From assembly GCA_963674595.2 (NCBI GenBank), contig CAXXFV010000017.1:98364-162363 (forward strand): DNA of 64,000 nt, read 5' to 3'. Within the stretch, counting starts at the first letter, position 1. The number at the start of each line of letters is the position of its first letter. Below the pieces are notes generated by a model that saw nothing but the letters and a program-made list of their open reading frames with translations, was not told the origin of the DNA and did no database searches. The DNA is from a bacterium. GTDB lineage: Bacteria > Zhuqueibacterota > Zhuqueibacteria > Residuimicrobiales > Krinioviventaceae. Both the position numbers and the translations under genes were made by a program. Shown here piece by piece: positions 48,679 through 59,174 of the stretch.

Positions 48679-48990
48679 TTAATCTTTACCCGAAACAAGT
48701 CTCCAAATACCAATAAATAACCACACAATACCAGATAATAAAACCACAATCCAAAATAAAGGAATTGGAATAAAAAGTGAAGCTAACATTAATCCAATTC
48801 CGCCCAGAATATTAAGAACACCCTTTAGCCTTCTTTTTGATTTTGCTTTTACAGCCTGGATTGAACAGTATTTGCAATCGTCCAAGTGTTGCTTATAGAT
48901 CTCTTTCTTTTCGGGCAGACTTTTGTTAAATGAATAGTCTAATAATTTTAATTGACGGCCAATTTTTTCATCAATGCACTTTTCTTCCAT
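48679..48990 (-). CDS. Small membrane protein with zf-HC2-like motif
   Basis: HLDDCKYC followed by two TM segments; RBS AGGAG. Confidence 0.6.
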   Translation of the reverse strand: MEEKCIDEKIGRQLKLLDYSFNKSLPEKKEIYKQHLDDCKYCSIQAVKAKSKRRLKGVLNILGGIGLMLASLFIPIPLFWIVVLLSGIVWLFIGIWRLVSGKD

Positions 48991-49098
48991 AAAAACTCCT
49001 ATAGCCTTTTTTATTTTTTTTGAACTTGGTTATCTTTTACCAAATTCTGTCTATGATCTGGTTATTAATTTCAATATTGTTATATTTACATTGTTTTT

Positions 49099-49131
49099 TT
49101 GCCGGGTCCTAAGTGAGGACCCAGCCTACGA
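49099..49131 (-). repeat. REP-like palindrome, family A copy 2
   Basis: Minus strand TCGTAGGCTGGGTCCTCACTTAGGACCCGGCAA (GTAG + hairpin) starting directly after the VOC stop codon. Confidence 0.7.
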
Positions 49132-49503
49132 CTATCTATATTGATCAAACATGATTTGATTTCCATCAGGATCTTCTAATGTAAAAAATGCTGGCCCTTG
49201 CGTTGTCAAATCTGCTTTTTCTTTTAGCATTATTCCTTTTGATTCCAGCTCTTTTTGCAATTCTCTGATGTCTGTGAATTCCTCTACTTCATTTCCATCC
49301 TGATCCCATCCGGGAACAAAGGTCAGAATATTTTTTTCAAACATACCTTCAAATAATCCAATCACAGCATTCTTGTTCTTCAATACAAGCCATTTCTGAT
49401 TTATATCGCCGCCTCTTATCGTAAATCCCAATTTTTGATAAAAATCCAATGACTTGGCAATATCTTTAACAGTTAAACTTGTAGTAAAAGCTCCAATATC
49501 CAT
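49132..49503 (-). CDS. VOC/glyoxalase-family protein
   Basis: SLTVKDI.KS.DFY.KLGF, IGLFEGMFEKNILTF.PGW, DPDGN.I..DQ. Confidence 0.9.
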   Translation of the reverse strand: MDIGAFTTSLTVKDIAKSLDFYQKLGFTIRGGDINQKWLVLKNKNAVIGLFEGMFEKNILTFVPGWDQDGNEVEEFTDIRELQKELESKGIMLKEKADLTTQGPAFFTLEDPDGNQIMFDQYR

Positions 49504-49562
49504 TAACGTCTCCTTTTCATAAAGTGGTACGTTGACTAAAATGTCAATCTGGGTTGTCCCTG

Positions 49563-49640
49563 GGTTCTACCCATGGATGGATAAAGATGAGGGTTTGGCC
49601 CAGGTCAAATAATCTTTTTTAAGGCAAAGTCTTTACTTTT
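49563..49640. repeat. Degenerate intergenic repeat family B, copy 2
   Basis: Aligns by eye with 41019-41110 apart from an internal indel. Confidence 0.6.
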
Positions 49641-49880
49641 TTACGTACATGAGGTTAAAACCTCTGTACGATCAGGTAAATTCCATCAACACCCGCACAC
49701 ACCTCACACAACCCAATAAATTCATCCGTGAAACAACAGGAATATGATTATGAATCCAACGCAATCTTTTTCCTCATGCTGAATAGTGGTCCCGAAAATT
49801 TTTGTGGAAAAAAAGAACATATATGCAGGGCAACCGCCGGCTTCCCAAAAAGCCCTGCCTGCTCTCTGGTCAATTAATTG

Positions 49881-49909
49881 ATTATACAAATAATCCAAAA
49901 ACCGCGCAA
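49881..49909 (-). promoter_or_regulatory. Sigma70-type promoter on the minus strand
   Basis: TTGCGC-17bp-TATAAT. Confidence 0.55.
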
Positions 49910-49986
49910 GGTCTTTTTACATTTATTGAAAAAATTGTTTAAGCGAGTGATCGAAAAATAAACTTCCAGGCAAGGCAAAATACCAT

Positions 49987-50017
49987 AAAAAAACGCCCCG
50001 GAAAAATTTCCGGAGCG
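49987..50017 (-). terminator. Intrinsic terminator of the chemoreceptor gene
   Basis: Minus strand CGCTCCGGAAA-T-TTTTCCGGGGCG followed by a T-run. Confidence 0.75.
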
Positions 50018-50051
50018 AGTATGTGGGGGATTTAGTTTGTAATATATTTGC

Positions 50052-52637
50052 TTAATAATTTTTTAAAATTGAGGATGGTTCCAATATATTCGTTTTATTG
50101 TTTCGGTTCTTTTTATTTGTTAAAAACGTTTCATGTTGATTTTTGTCCTGAACAGCATTGGAATTTTCAATCCGCATTGTTTTCAGTTTAAACACCGACA
50201 CCAGGGAATCCATTTCTTTGGCTTGTGCCGCCAACTCTTCAGCCGCTGCCGCAGATTCTTCCGAGTTGGCCGCATTGGATTGAGTTACCTTGCCCATTTG
50301 TTCAACAGCCATGGCAATTTCATCAAGCCCTGCTTGTTGTTCATTGGATGACTTGGCAATATTGGAAATGACCGTACTCACTTTGTTCACATGATCGTTA
50401 ATTTCCATCAGGTTTTTCATCACATCGGTGTTGATTTCCACACCTTCATCTGCGTTTCTTACAGCCTGAACAATCATATCGGCTGTGCCTTTGGCTGCTT
50501 CTGCTGAACGCAAGGCCAGTTGCCGCACTTCATCGGCAACAACAGCAAATCCTTTTCCGGCTTCACCGGCCCTTGCTGCTTCAACGGCAGCGTTTAGCGC
50601 CAGCAGGTTGGTTTGAAATGCTATTTCATCAATTGTTTTAATTATTTTTGAAACCTCGTCAGATGAATCTTTAATTTTATCCATCGAGTTTGAAAGCTTG
50701 TCCATGTTGTCTTTACCTTGTTCTGCCAATTTTTGGCTTGCGGCAGCAATATTATAGGCATGTGTTGCTTCTTCAGCATTTTGCTTTGTTGCTGATGCAA
50801 GTTCATGCAGGTTGGATGTAATTTCCTGAATTGAACTTGCCTGCGTTGAAGCGCCTTGTGCAATTATTTGGCTGCCGGACCCAATTTGAGTTGACGCATT
50901 TGCAACTTGTGCTGAACTGTTTGAAACCATGCCCAGACTTTTATTAAGGTTTTCCAGTACTTTGTTTACAGCGTTTTTAATCCTGGCATGATCGCCCTGG
51001 TATTCGCCCATTACAGAATCAAGTAAATCACCCTTTGACATTTTATCCAAAATGATTATCGCTTCGTTGATGGGATTCATAACAGCATTCAGCGTTTCAT
51101 TGAGTCCCTTTATGATTTTACTAAATTCACCCTTTTCTTCATCCACCTCAAGTCTAACATCAAGTTGACCGGACACAGCCGCCGCTGCCATTTTATCTAT
51201 ATTATTAACAACGTCATGGATATTATTTTTCATTGTTGTCAAGTCATGGCCGGCATTGTAAAGGTTTGTTATCATCGTGTTAACAGCATCTGCCATTTGA
51301 CCGATTTCATCATTACTCTTGATATCGATCCTTTGGATTTCCAGTTCATCCTTGCCGCTAAAATCGCCTTTTGCAGTAAGCTGTATATTTTCTGCGAGGG
51401 AAGGGATGCTTTTTTCCGCAATTTGGCGGATGGATTTTATTGTTGATCGCAACGGTTTTGTAATTTTACCGCCAAACAAGTATGCCGCTATAATTCCAAG
51501 GACTAAAAGTACAGAGCCAAATCCTAATACCCAATAGTTCAGTCCGGTCAAACTGGTTTCTACGGAATCTACAGTTTGAAAAAACTCGTCATAATATGAG
51601 GATGCACCAATAACCCAGTCCCAGGGTTCAAAGTATGCAATTGCGGCAATTTTTTCTCTAATATTCTCATCGCCTTCATTCTTCCAATTATATCGAATAA
51701 AATCAACATCATTTTTGTGCAGTTTTAAAGCCTTGTTGACAATTGACTGGACAACATAATTCCCGTCAGAATCCTTGCTTTCCCATATATTTTCGCCGTC
51801 CCGGGTTCCTCCTTTAGATATAACATAACAGCCTTTATGTTTTCCCGTTCCTCCGAGAATAAAAACATATCCTTCTTTACCCACTTTAGTGTTCAAAATG
51901 GCCTGTCGCAGACTTTTAACCGCTTCCTGCTTGACACCAACATAGAGCATCCCGATAATTTTTTTGTTCTCGTCCCGTATTGGTTCATAGGCTGTGATGT
52001 ACCATGCGTTGACAACAAAAGCTTTGCCGCGATAGGTTTTGCCGCTTAATACGGTTGAAACAACCTTGTTTTGTGTGCCATCCGGATTGGTTGCCGGAAT
52101 GAAGGTGCCGATTGCCCGTGTTTTGTCAAGTTTTTCAACATTTGTAGCCACTCGCAGCATATCTCCATTGTCATTCATACGTTGAAATATTGTGCAAGTA
52201 CCTCCAACCAACTTTTTAGTGTCATCGACAATAGGTGTGAATGCATCAAGTTGATGGTTTTGACCAAGCCAGGCATTTCCGACTGTTAATTTTGGCAGTG
52301 AAACACGAGTCTGTTTTTTACTGAATTGGTTGATTGCCGCCCAGTCAACTTGCTCTTTGCTTTGTTTTACTTTACCATAGGAGGTTAAACAGTTACGAGC
52401 AACATTTAGATCAGAATCTACTTTTTGCTGTACCAGGTCATTAGCTGTTTGACAAAGTCCGTAAACATTTTTGGTGATCGTCTCTATGTTTTTATGGGTT
52501 ATCTCGCTCAGGTCTGCAACAACATTTTCGGAAATGCTGTTCTTTTTTAGGACTGTCATTATTGACATCCCTGCAACAATGGTGATGGCTATTATTACTG
52601 CTAATCCAATTATTTTTTGTCTTATGCTAAGTGACAT
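50052..52637 (-). CDS. Methyl-accepting chemotaxis protein (Cache_3-Cache_2 fusion sensor, HAMP domains)
   Basis: [21 protein letters not shown]...RAIGT; [30 protein letters not shown]. Confidence 0.95.
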   Translation of the reverse strand: MSLSIRQKIIGLAVIIAITIVAGMSIMTVLKKNSISENVVADLSEITHKNIETITKNVYGLCQTANDLVQQKVDSDLNVARNCLTSYGKVKQSKEQVDWAAINQFSKKQTRVSLPKLTVGNAWLGQNHQLDAFTPIVDDTKKLVGGTCTIFQRMNDNGDMLRVATNVEKLDKTRAIGTFIPATNPDGTQNKVVSTVLSGKTYRGKAFVVNAWYITAYEPIRDENKKIIGMLYVGVKQEAVKSLRQAILNTKVGKEGYVFILGGTGKHKGCYVISKGGTRDGENIWESKDSDGNYVVQSIVNKALKLHKNDVDFIRYNWKNEGDENIREKIAAIAYFEPWDWVIGASSYYDEFFQTVDSVETSLTGLNYWVLGFGSVLLVLGIIAAYLFGGKITKPLRSTIKSIRQIAEKSIPSLAENIQLTAKGDFSGKDELEIQRIDIKSNDEIGQMADAVNTMITNLYNAGHDLTTMKNNIHDVVNNIDKMAAAAVSGQLDVRLEVDEEKGEFSKIIKGLNETLNAVMNPINEAIIILDKMSKGDLLDSVMGEYQGDHARIKNAVNKVLENLNKSLGMVSNSSAQVANASTQIGSGSQIIAQGASTQASSIQEITSNLHELASATKQNAEEATHAYNIAAASQKLAEQGKDNMDKLSNSMDKIKDSSDEVSKIIKTIDEIAFQTNLLALNAAVEAARAGEAGKGFAVVADEVRQLALRSAEAAKGTADMIVQAVRNADEGVEINTDVMKNLMEINDHVNKVSTVISNIAKSSNEQQAGLDEIAMAVEQMGKVTQSNAANSEESAAAAEELAAQAKEMDSLVSVFKLKTMRIENSNAVQDKNQHETFLTNKKNRNNKTNILEPSSILKNY

Positions 52638-53072
52638 TTTGCTTCCTCCACTTATTGCCTGTTACCGCGTTATATTTACTATTGTCCGTACGAATTTTGA
52701 AAACCAGCTAAAAATGGCACAAATGTTTATAATGCAAATTGATATTTGATGCTCAATTTTTAAAATTGGATTTTAGATTATTAAGACTTTACTAAAATGC
52801 ATCCCCTGACATAGGAAAAAATGTTTAAAAAATTTAAAAAGCAAAAAATTGGTCCTGCATTTATCTGATCGATTTTTGCACAAAACGTCGGTATCTATAG
52901 CGTTTTGCAGGATTTTTTTAGTTTAACACAAACAATACGGATTTGACCGTATAAAAGTGTTAGGCAGCAAAATAATTATATTAACTGCGAGTGCTCCCTG
53001 GAAAGATGCAGAACAATGGATGCCCAATACTTGAAAAAATCTATAATTAAAATAATTTAGAGCCGATCCATA

Positions 53073-56000
53073 TTAATGGATCAGGCTCATTTTAATAACT
53101 TGCTGATTTGTTGCTGTTTTCAGCGAACCAAAATATATCCCGCTCGGCAGTAAATTGCCATTGTTATCCACAGCATTCCATTTGACTGTATGCTGTCCCG
53201 GCGTCATTTGTCCGTTAATCAACTCTCTGACCAGCACGCCGTTAATGGAATAGATTGAAAAATTAACCAGCGAATGTTCGGCAATGCTAAAGGAGATATT
53301 GGTCGTCGGGTTAAATGGATTGGGATAGTTTTGCGCCAGTCTGAATTCTTTGGGCGCTGCAATTTCAACACAAACTGTTCCGGAATAGTTGTAATTACCG
53401 GAAAAGTCCGTTTGTTTCAACCGATAATAAACTGTGCCGATGGTTTGGTTTTCATCAACAAATTGATAATTCTTTTCTGTGGTGGATGTACCGTTGCCGG
53501 CCATGGTGCCGATTTTAACAAATTCTTTATTGTCATAACTTTTTTCAATGTCAAAAGCATAGTTGTCTGTTTCGGTTCGTGTCATCCAGTTGAGTGAAAC
53601 GAACTGATTTTGTACGTTTGCTTCAAAAAAGACCATTTCTACCGGCAGGGCGGTTTCCAGCGATTCGAATGGAAGTACATCACAAACAACCTGTATCGGA
53701 TCGGCAAAAGTAAAATCTGAAATATCGTTTACGGCAATGCCGAAGGTGGCGCCTTCACTGCTGATAACGTCAATCACATCAGCGATAATATAAAAAGTTG
53801 CTCCGGCCGTATCTATTTGTACCGTATCTCCCAATCTCAGTTTGGTTCCCTGCGCGTAAAATTTATTATTGCTGATTCGTTCATCCTCGTTCGGATCAAA
53901 TGCGCCGTCGCCATTGTCCCGGCATATTGCCATCATATCAATATCATCAAGAGCGCAGTTGCCGCGTTTTTCGAGATAGATGGAATTAAAAATCGTTGAG
54001 CCAAAGTTTGTTTTTAAAGTAAATGATGCGATCATATTGTCTTTAGATCCGGCCGCAAGTATACTTGTATTTCCGGCCCCAAAGGCAACGTTCAGGTTTT
54101 GCGCCTGATCTATTGTTACGATTCCATTATCAACAGTCGTTTTCATGTTTTCGTTGTTTGCGGTACAGGATGTAATCGTCAAATCAGTTTGATCCTGTTC
54201 TGAAGCCGAGACCGTGAACTGAAGATAAAACAATGTTCCGGTCTGCTCAATAGGCGCAGCACAATTATAGGTAACGCGGATTTCCTGTGCCGTTACCTGT
54301 TCCGTATTTATCGTTCCATTATTTTCAGACAGGGTGCCGTTTTGATTTGTTCCTGCCGGTGTTAAAATTTCCTTATTATATGACAGGGTAAATACACATT
54401 GGTTGAGGGGGCCATTTTCAATGTCTAATATTTTAAAAGGTACATTAACGGTCTGTGTAGGAACAGCGCTTGTGTCGCCGATACTAAGTGATATTTTGGG
54501 CGGATTGGTGGTTTGAGTATAAAATTTAAGCCCGTCAACCCGGTTGCCGTCGGTATCCGGATCGTTATCCGGTTCGCAAATATTGAGGGCAAAATCGTAT
54601 TCGCCAAAATTTTGAATGGATTTGACCAGCAACGTGTTTTCGCCTTTTTCAATCTGAATCGGAACGACTTCGGAAACAAGCCGCTCTTCTCTGTAGGAAC
54701 GTGTGCCTGTGTAGGTATAAACAAGCTGATGATTGATGTAAACTTTGAGCGCCTCATCGGACCCGATCCATAATTCTGCTTCCTGTGATTGGGGGGCAGT
54801 GAAATAACTGAAACAATAGGAGGCACCGCTTGATGGTCCGCCAAAATAGCTGTCCAGCGCAATGCGGTCATCAAAAAAGTACATTGCTTCGGACCAGTTG
54901 TTTTGCTGGGCAACGGGTTCCAGGCTTTGTTCATCAGCAATAAAACTGTAATTAATAGGATCATCAATGGACGTTGTTTCAAAGAGTTGGCTGATCAGCC
55001 ATGTCCGGTTGCTTTGTCCATAATCAGACGTAAAATAGGGATCTTTTTTAAGGCTTTTTTGGATATCCGCTAAATTAGCACCGGTAATTTCAATATTATC
55101 GGGATTGTTGGTGCCGAGTCCGATTTTTTCTGCCAGTGTGATATGGTTTATATCATCCGGATTCAGCCCGATAAGCCGGGCACAAACATTGTCAACCGCC
55201 ACCGGATCAACACCGGCAATAATGGTATTAAAACGGACCTGGTTGGTTATATTTCCTTCGTTATCCCGAATGGCCACTTTGCCTTCTTCCAGAGTAACCA
55301 GGGCATCGACCACACAAAGATCAATTTCGGCAATTGTGGACAGATCAACAATCTCTTCATCAACCCAGTCTCTGGGCAGGTCGGCGCGGTGAATGAGCCT
55401 GTATGCATAGTTTTCCTGTGGCACACCGCCGGTTTTCGAAAAGCCGTATTTTGTGCTGGGCGCAATACCAATCTGGTTTTTTAAAGCAGCGGTTACACCG
55501 ACTTTGTGTGTTTTTAAAACAGGCACGGTAATGTAAACATCCGCATCCAGTATTTCCCGGTGGACCCAGTATTGACCGCCCTGGGGGGCCGCAACGCCGC
55601 CGTTTGGAACGTCCACAAGCACAAGGTCCTGCCAGGGATTTTCCGGTGGTGAACCGTTCAGGTTTACCAACCTGAAATTTATGCCATTTAGATCAGGATC
55701 TGCCAGCAAATCCTGGTATCCGGCAACATCCCATAACTCTTCCCAAAATGGTTCTGAACGGGATGAATAAACCAGCTCATAATCCATTTCCCGGGGACTG
55801 CCTTCACCGATGAGAATTTCAATATTGCCATTTGTCTGTTCATCGATCAAATCGATGAGTGCCTTGACCACACGAACATCGGTAACTTCTCCGCTTCCCG
55901 GTGGTTCCGGATCAACAATATTCGGTTTGATAAGCACTTTATCACCGGGTAAAAATTAACCAATGGGTCCCGCCCTGAAGAGCAAGCGCCCTTTTTAACA

Positions 56001-56250
56001 TCTCTTTTATCTGTTCATAAGAAATTTCTGCATCTGTAGTAGAGGTCGGATTCGGCAATTCCTGGTCATCTGAGGTGATCACAGCTACTTTGGTAGTTGC
56101 ACTGGAAATGGCATTGATCTCAGATTCCGGACAGAAAACCCCCTGGACAACGGACATTTTATTCGCAGTTGTCATGTCCCAGGTGACAAGAGCACCAATA
56201 GAAACAATTAAAAATGTCCATATTATTAGTTTTTTACGATGGGGATTCAT
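53073..56250 (-). pseudogene. Secreted DUF362 + PA14-like + cohesin-like + FlgD/T9SS-CTD protein, split by a +1 frameshift near 55951-55955 (possibly a sequencing error)
   Basis: Removing one T from TTAATTTTTACCC joins the 102-aa ORF to the 954-aa ORF as WLILPGDKVLIKPN; LKTH..GVTAALKN, DPVAVD; GSDE...V.IN; LPVEM; QNYPNPFNP. Confidence 0.78.
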
Positions 56251-56427
56251 ATTTTACACTCCATACCCAATTAAAGTTAAAAATAAAATACCCGAAATAA
56301 TTTCAAAAAATATGCCACAAATTATCATGTTGAAGTTGATTTAAGTTAAATAAATACAATTGTTATGATATTTTGTGGGTAGAACATAAATGTAATTTTT
56401 TGTTGCCGAAAAGCCACATGAGTCTCG

Positions 56428-56486
56428 TTTGTCACTATTTTGTGACAAAACTTGTACTTGCTTTCAAAGGTCTCAGTTGCTATATT
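56428..56486 (+). promoter_or_regulatory. Palindromic TF site plus promoter of the glc operon
   Basis: TTTGTCAC-N6-GTGACAAA 56428-49; TTGCTT 56458-63, 17 bp, TATATT 56481-86 preceded by TGC (extended -10). Confidence 0.6.
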
Positions 56487-56518
56487 GGCAGAATATTAAA
56501 AATTTCAGGTGGTAATAC

Positions 56519-57886
56519 GTGAAAAATTTAGCGGAAAAGTTACAGCAAATTTGCTCAAAGGAAAATGTTCTCTATTCTGAAAAAGACATTTTTCTGTATG
56601 GTTACGATGCAAGTATGGAAAAAGGAAGGCCTGATTTTATTGTATTTCCTGAAAATGCAGGGCAGGTACAGGAAATCGTCAAGCTGGCCAATCAATTCAA
56701 TATACCATTTATTGCCAGAGGAGCGGCTACAAATTTATGCGGTGCAACCATTGCTCCCGGGGGCGGATTGATTATTGATACATCCAAAATGAATAAAATT
56801 TTAAAAATAGATTTGCACAATCAGGTTGTTATTGTGGAACCTGGCGTTGTGAATCTGGAATTGCAGAATGTTCTGTCCGAGCACGGGTACTTTTTTGCAC
56901 CGGACCCGGCAAGTCAAAAGGCCGCAACACTTGGCGGAAATGTTGCCCTTAATGCAGGCGGACCGCACTGTATAAAGTACGGCGTTACTGTCGATCACGT
57001 TCTTGGTGCACAGGTTGTCATGCCGGACGGTGAACTAGCTGCCTTTGGCAGCACGTCTGTTGAAAATCCGGGATATGATTTTTTAGGACTGATAAACGGA
57101 TCGGAAGGGACCCTCGGAATAATTACCCAACTGACCTTAAAAATTCTGCCAAAACCGGACGGTTTACAAACCATGCTGGTTGCTTTTAACAACATTCAGG
57201 ATGCGGCCAATACGGTCTCAAATATTATTGCCAACGGTATTATTCCCTCCACACTGGAGTATATGGATAATCTTTGTATCCGGACGGTTGTTTCTTCATT
57301 GAATGTTGATTATCCTATAGATGCGGCAGCGGTTTTGATTATTGAAATTGACGGTAAAAAATCGGCCCTTTCGCAGCAGGTCGATGAGATTAAGGAAATA
57401 TGTACAAAAAATAATTGCGCCAATTTTCGCATGGCTAAAGATGAAGCCGACCGTACAGCCTTGTGGGCAGGAAGACGTGGAGCGCTTGGCGCCATGGCCC
57501 GTTTAAAACCTTCCGTCATTGTTTTTGATGGAACAGTGCCGCGAAACCGGCTCCCTGAAGCTCTTTTAAAAATAGATGATATAACAAAAGCATACAACTT
57601 ACAATATGGAACGCTGCTTCATGCCGGAGACGGAAATATCCATCCGATTATCGTCTATGACGAAAGCGATAAAGAAGAAACAGCCAGGGTCCATAAAGGC
57701 TGCGATGAGATTATGAAACTGTGTGTGGACCTCGGCGGGACCATAACAGGGGAGCATGGCGTCGGATTGGAAAAGATGAAAGCCATGTCTTATCTGTTCT
57801 CGCCTGATGAATTTGAAATTATGAAAAAATTAAAAATGACATTTGATAAGAGTAATTTATGTAATCCGGGCAAAGTTTTTAATTAA
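56519..57886 (+). CDS. glcD: Glycolate/D-2-hydroxyacid oxidase FAD subunit
   Basis: FAPDPAS, GGNVA.NAGGPHC.KYGVT, GSEGTLG, HAGDGNIHP, GEHGVGLEK, NPGK. Confidence 0.9.
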   Translation: MKNLAEKLQQICSKENVLYSEKDIFLYGYDASMEKGRPDFIVFPENAGQVQEIVKLANQFNIPFIARGAATNLCGATIAPGGGLIIDTSKMNKILKIDLHNQVVIVEPGVVNLELQNVLSEHGYFFAPDPASQKAATLGGNVALNAGGPHCIKYGVTVDHVLGAQVVMPDGELAAFGSTSVENPGYDFLGLINGSEGTLGIITQLTLKILPKPDGLQTMLVAFNNIQDAANTVSNIIANGIIPSTLEYMDNLCIRTVVSSLNVDYPIDAAAVLIIEIDGKKSALSQQVDEIKEICTKNNCANFRMAKDEADRTALWAGRRGALGAMARLKPSVIVFDGTVPRNRLPEALLKIDDITKAYNLQYGTLLHAGDGNIHPIIVYDESDKEETARVHKGCDEIMKLCVDLGGTITGEHGVGLEKMKAMSYLFSPDEFEIMKKLKMTFDKSNLCNPGKVFN

Positions 57887-57894
57887 AAAATTGT

Positions 57895-59160
57895 GTGAGC
57901 AAAATGGATAATCGATTACAGGAGCTTTACAGCAAAATTGCTGATTATAAAAATATATTTTTAGAAAAAGAAAAAATATCAGAATACACGATAGACGGCA
58001 AAACACCTGTGGCCGTCATCGAGCCTGAAGACGAAAAACAGGTCAGCCATTGGCTGCAAACAGCCGGTGAGCAAAAAGCTTATGTGAATTTATGGGGAGC
58101 CGGGACACACCAACAAATCGGCGGGCTAATATCAGGGCACGATATAACATTGTCCAGTAAACGAATGGACCGCGTCGTCGAATATGAACCTGAAAATTTG
58201 ACCATAACGGTTGAGAGCGGTATGACACTGGAAACACTGAACCACATCGTTTCTCAACAGAACCAGGTTTTACTATTTGATTTCCCCGGTGCACAAAAAT
58301 CTTCCATCGGCGGTTTGGTTAATACGAATTTAAACGGACCGTTTGCCTGTAAAATGGGCACTATTCGTGATCATGTTTTGGGAATAAAGGCTGTTTTACC
58401 CAACGGCAAAATTGTACATTTCGGCGGCAAAACGGTCAAGAATGTTGCCGGTTATGACGTTTCCAAATTATTTATAGGCTCTATGGGCACGCTGGGAATG
58501 GTGACAGAAGTTACCTTTCGTCTCGATCCCAAACCGGAAAAACTGGGTCGGGTTTCTCTGAAAATTGAAAACATGGAGAAACTGGAATCTGTTTTTCAAT
58601 CCGTCAACAGTTTACACAACAGCATTTCTGTTTTTTCTGTTTCACCGGATGATGCTATGGAACTTGATGTGTTTTCATCTGATCCGGCAGGTATTACAGA
58701 TTTGCAAAACAACAATGTTAATGTTTCAAATTCAGGTTCTCTATCTGTAAATGATTATTTCACCTGGGGCGATACCGGGTTTAAACCTTTTGTTGAAAAT
58801 AATAAAATGATGGTCAAATGGATTGTTCCGTTGGACCAGGTCGTTCCTCTTGCAGAATATCTCTGCAACGAAAAAAAATCAGTCTCTGGATTTACTGCCA
58901 TGCAGGTGTGGTTCACCAGCGGGATTGTCTGGTGCGCGGTTGATCATTCGGAGGATGATTTATCCTTCCTGAAAAAGTGGCGCGATAAATCCCGGCACAT
59001 AAACGGTCGGGTTTTATTCATGAATGCTTCAGGGTCTTTAAAACAATCGACTGATGTGTGGGATGGTGTGGATAGTTTAAAAGAGTATCACAATAAAGTG
59101 AAAAGTGTCTTTGATCCAAATTCTACCTTGGCCGGTGGAAGATTTTTATATGGAATTTAA
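57895..59160 (+). CDS. glcE: Glycolate oxidase FAD-binding subunit
   Basis: EYEPENLTITV.SG, GGKTVKNVAGYDVSKL..GS.GTLG. Confidence 0.85.
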   Translation: MSKMDNRLQELYSKIADYKNIFLEKEKISEYTIDGKTPVAVIEPEDEKQVSHWLQTAGEQKAYVNLWGAGTHQQIGGLISGHDITLSSKRMDRVVEYEPENLTITVESGMTLETLNHIVSQQNQVLLFDFPGAQKSSIGGLVNTNLNGPFACKMGTIRDHVLGIKAVLPNGKIVHFGGKTVKNVAGYDVSKLFIGSMGTLGMVTEVTFRLDPKPEKLGRVSLKIENMEKLESVFQSVNSLHNSISVFSVSPDDAMELDVFSSDPAGITDLQNNNVNVSNSGSLSVNDYFTWGDTGFKPFVENNKMMVKWIVPLDQVVPLAEYLCNEKKSVSGFTAMQVWFTSGIVWCAVDHSEDDLSFLKKWRDKSRHINGRVLFMNASGSLKQSTDVWDGVDSLKEYHNKVKSVFDPNSTLAGGRFLYGI

Positions 59161-59174
59161 CAGCGGAGTTTAGT

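Noticed and set aside
47205-49131. CRISPR repeats
   Set aside because: Only two non-identical copies 1.9 kb apart, no regular spacers and no cas genes
49645-49790. Decayed HUH/Y1 transposase remnant (minus-strand HNHIP)
   Set aside because: Too short and interrupted by stops; similarity not convincing by eye
40861-49950. Integron cassette array
   Set aside because: No intI, no RYYYAAC...GTTRRRY attC structures recognised, and the barrel and GNAT genes abut with no gap
52638-53072. c-di-GMP riboswitch, sigma54 or sigma28 promoter upstream of the chemoreceptor
   Set aside because: No recognisable riboswitch core; TGGCAC at 52715 is on the wrong strand and lacks TTGC at the right spacing; no convincing TAAA-N15-GCCGATAA on the minus strand
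55938-55944. Selenocysteine or stop readthrough at the TGA ending the 102-aa ORF
   Set aside because: The downstream ORF is in a different frame; a single-base indel explains the break
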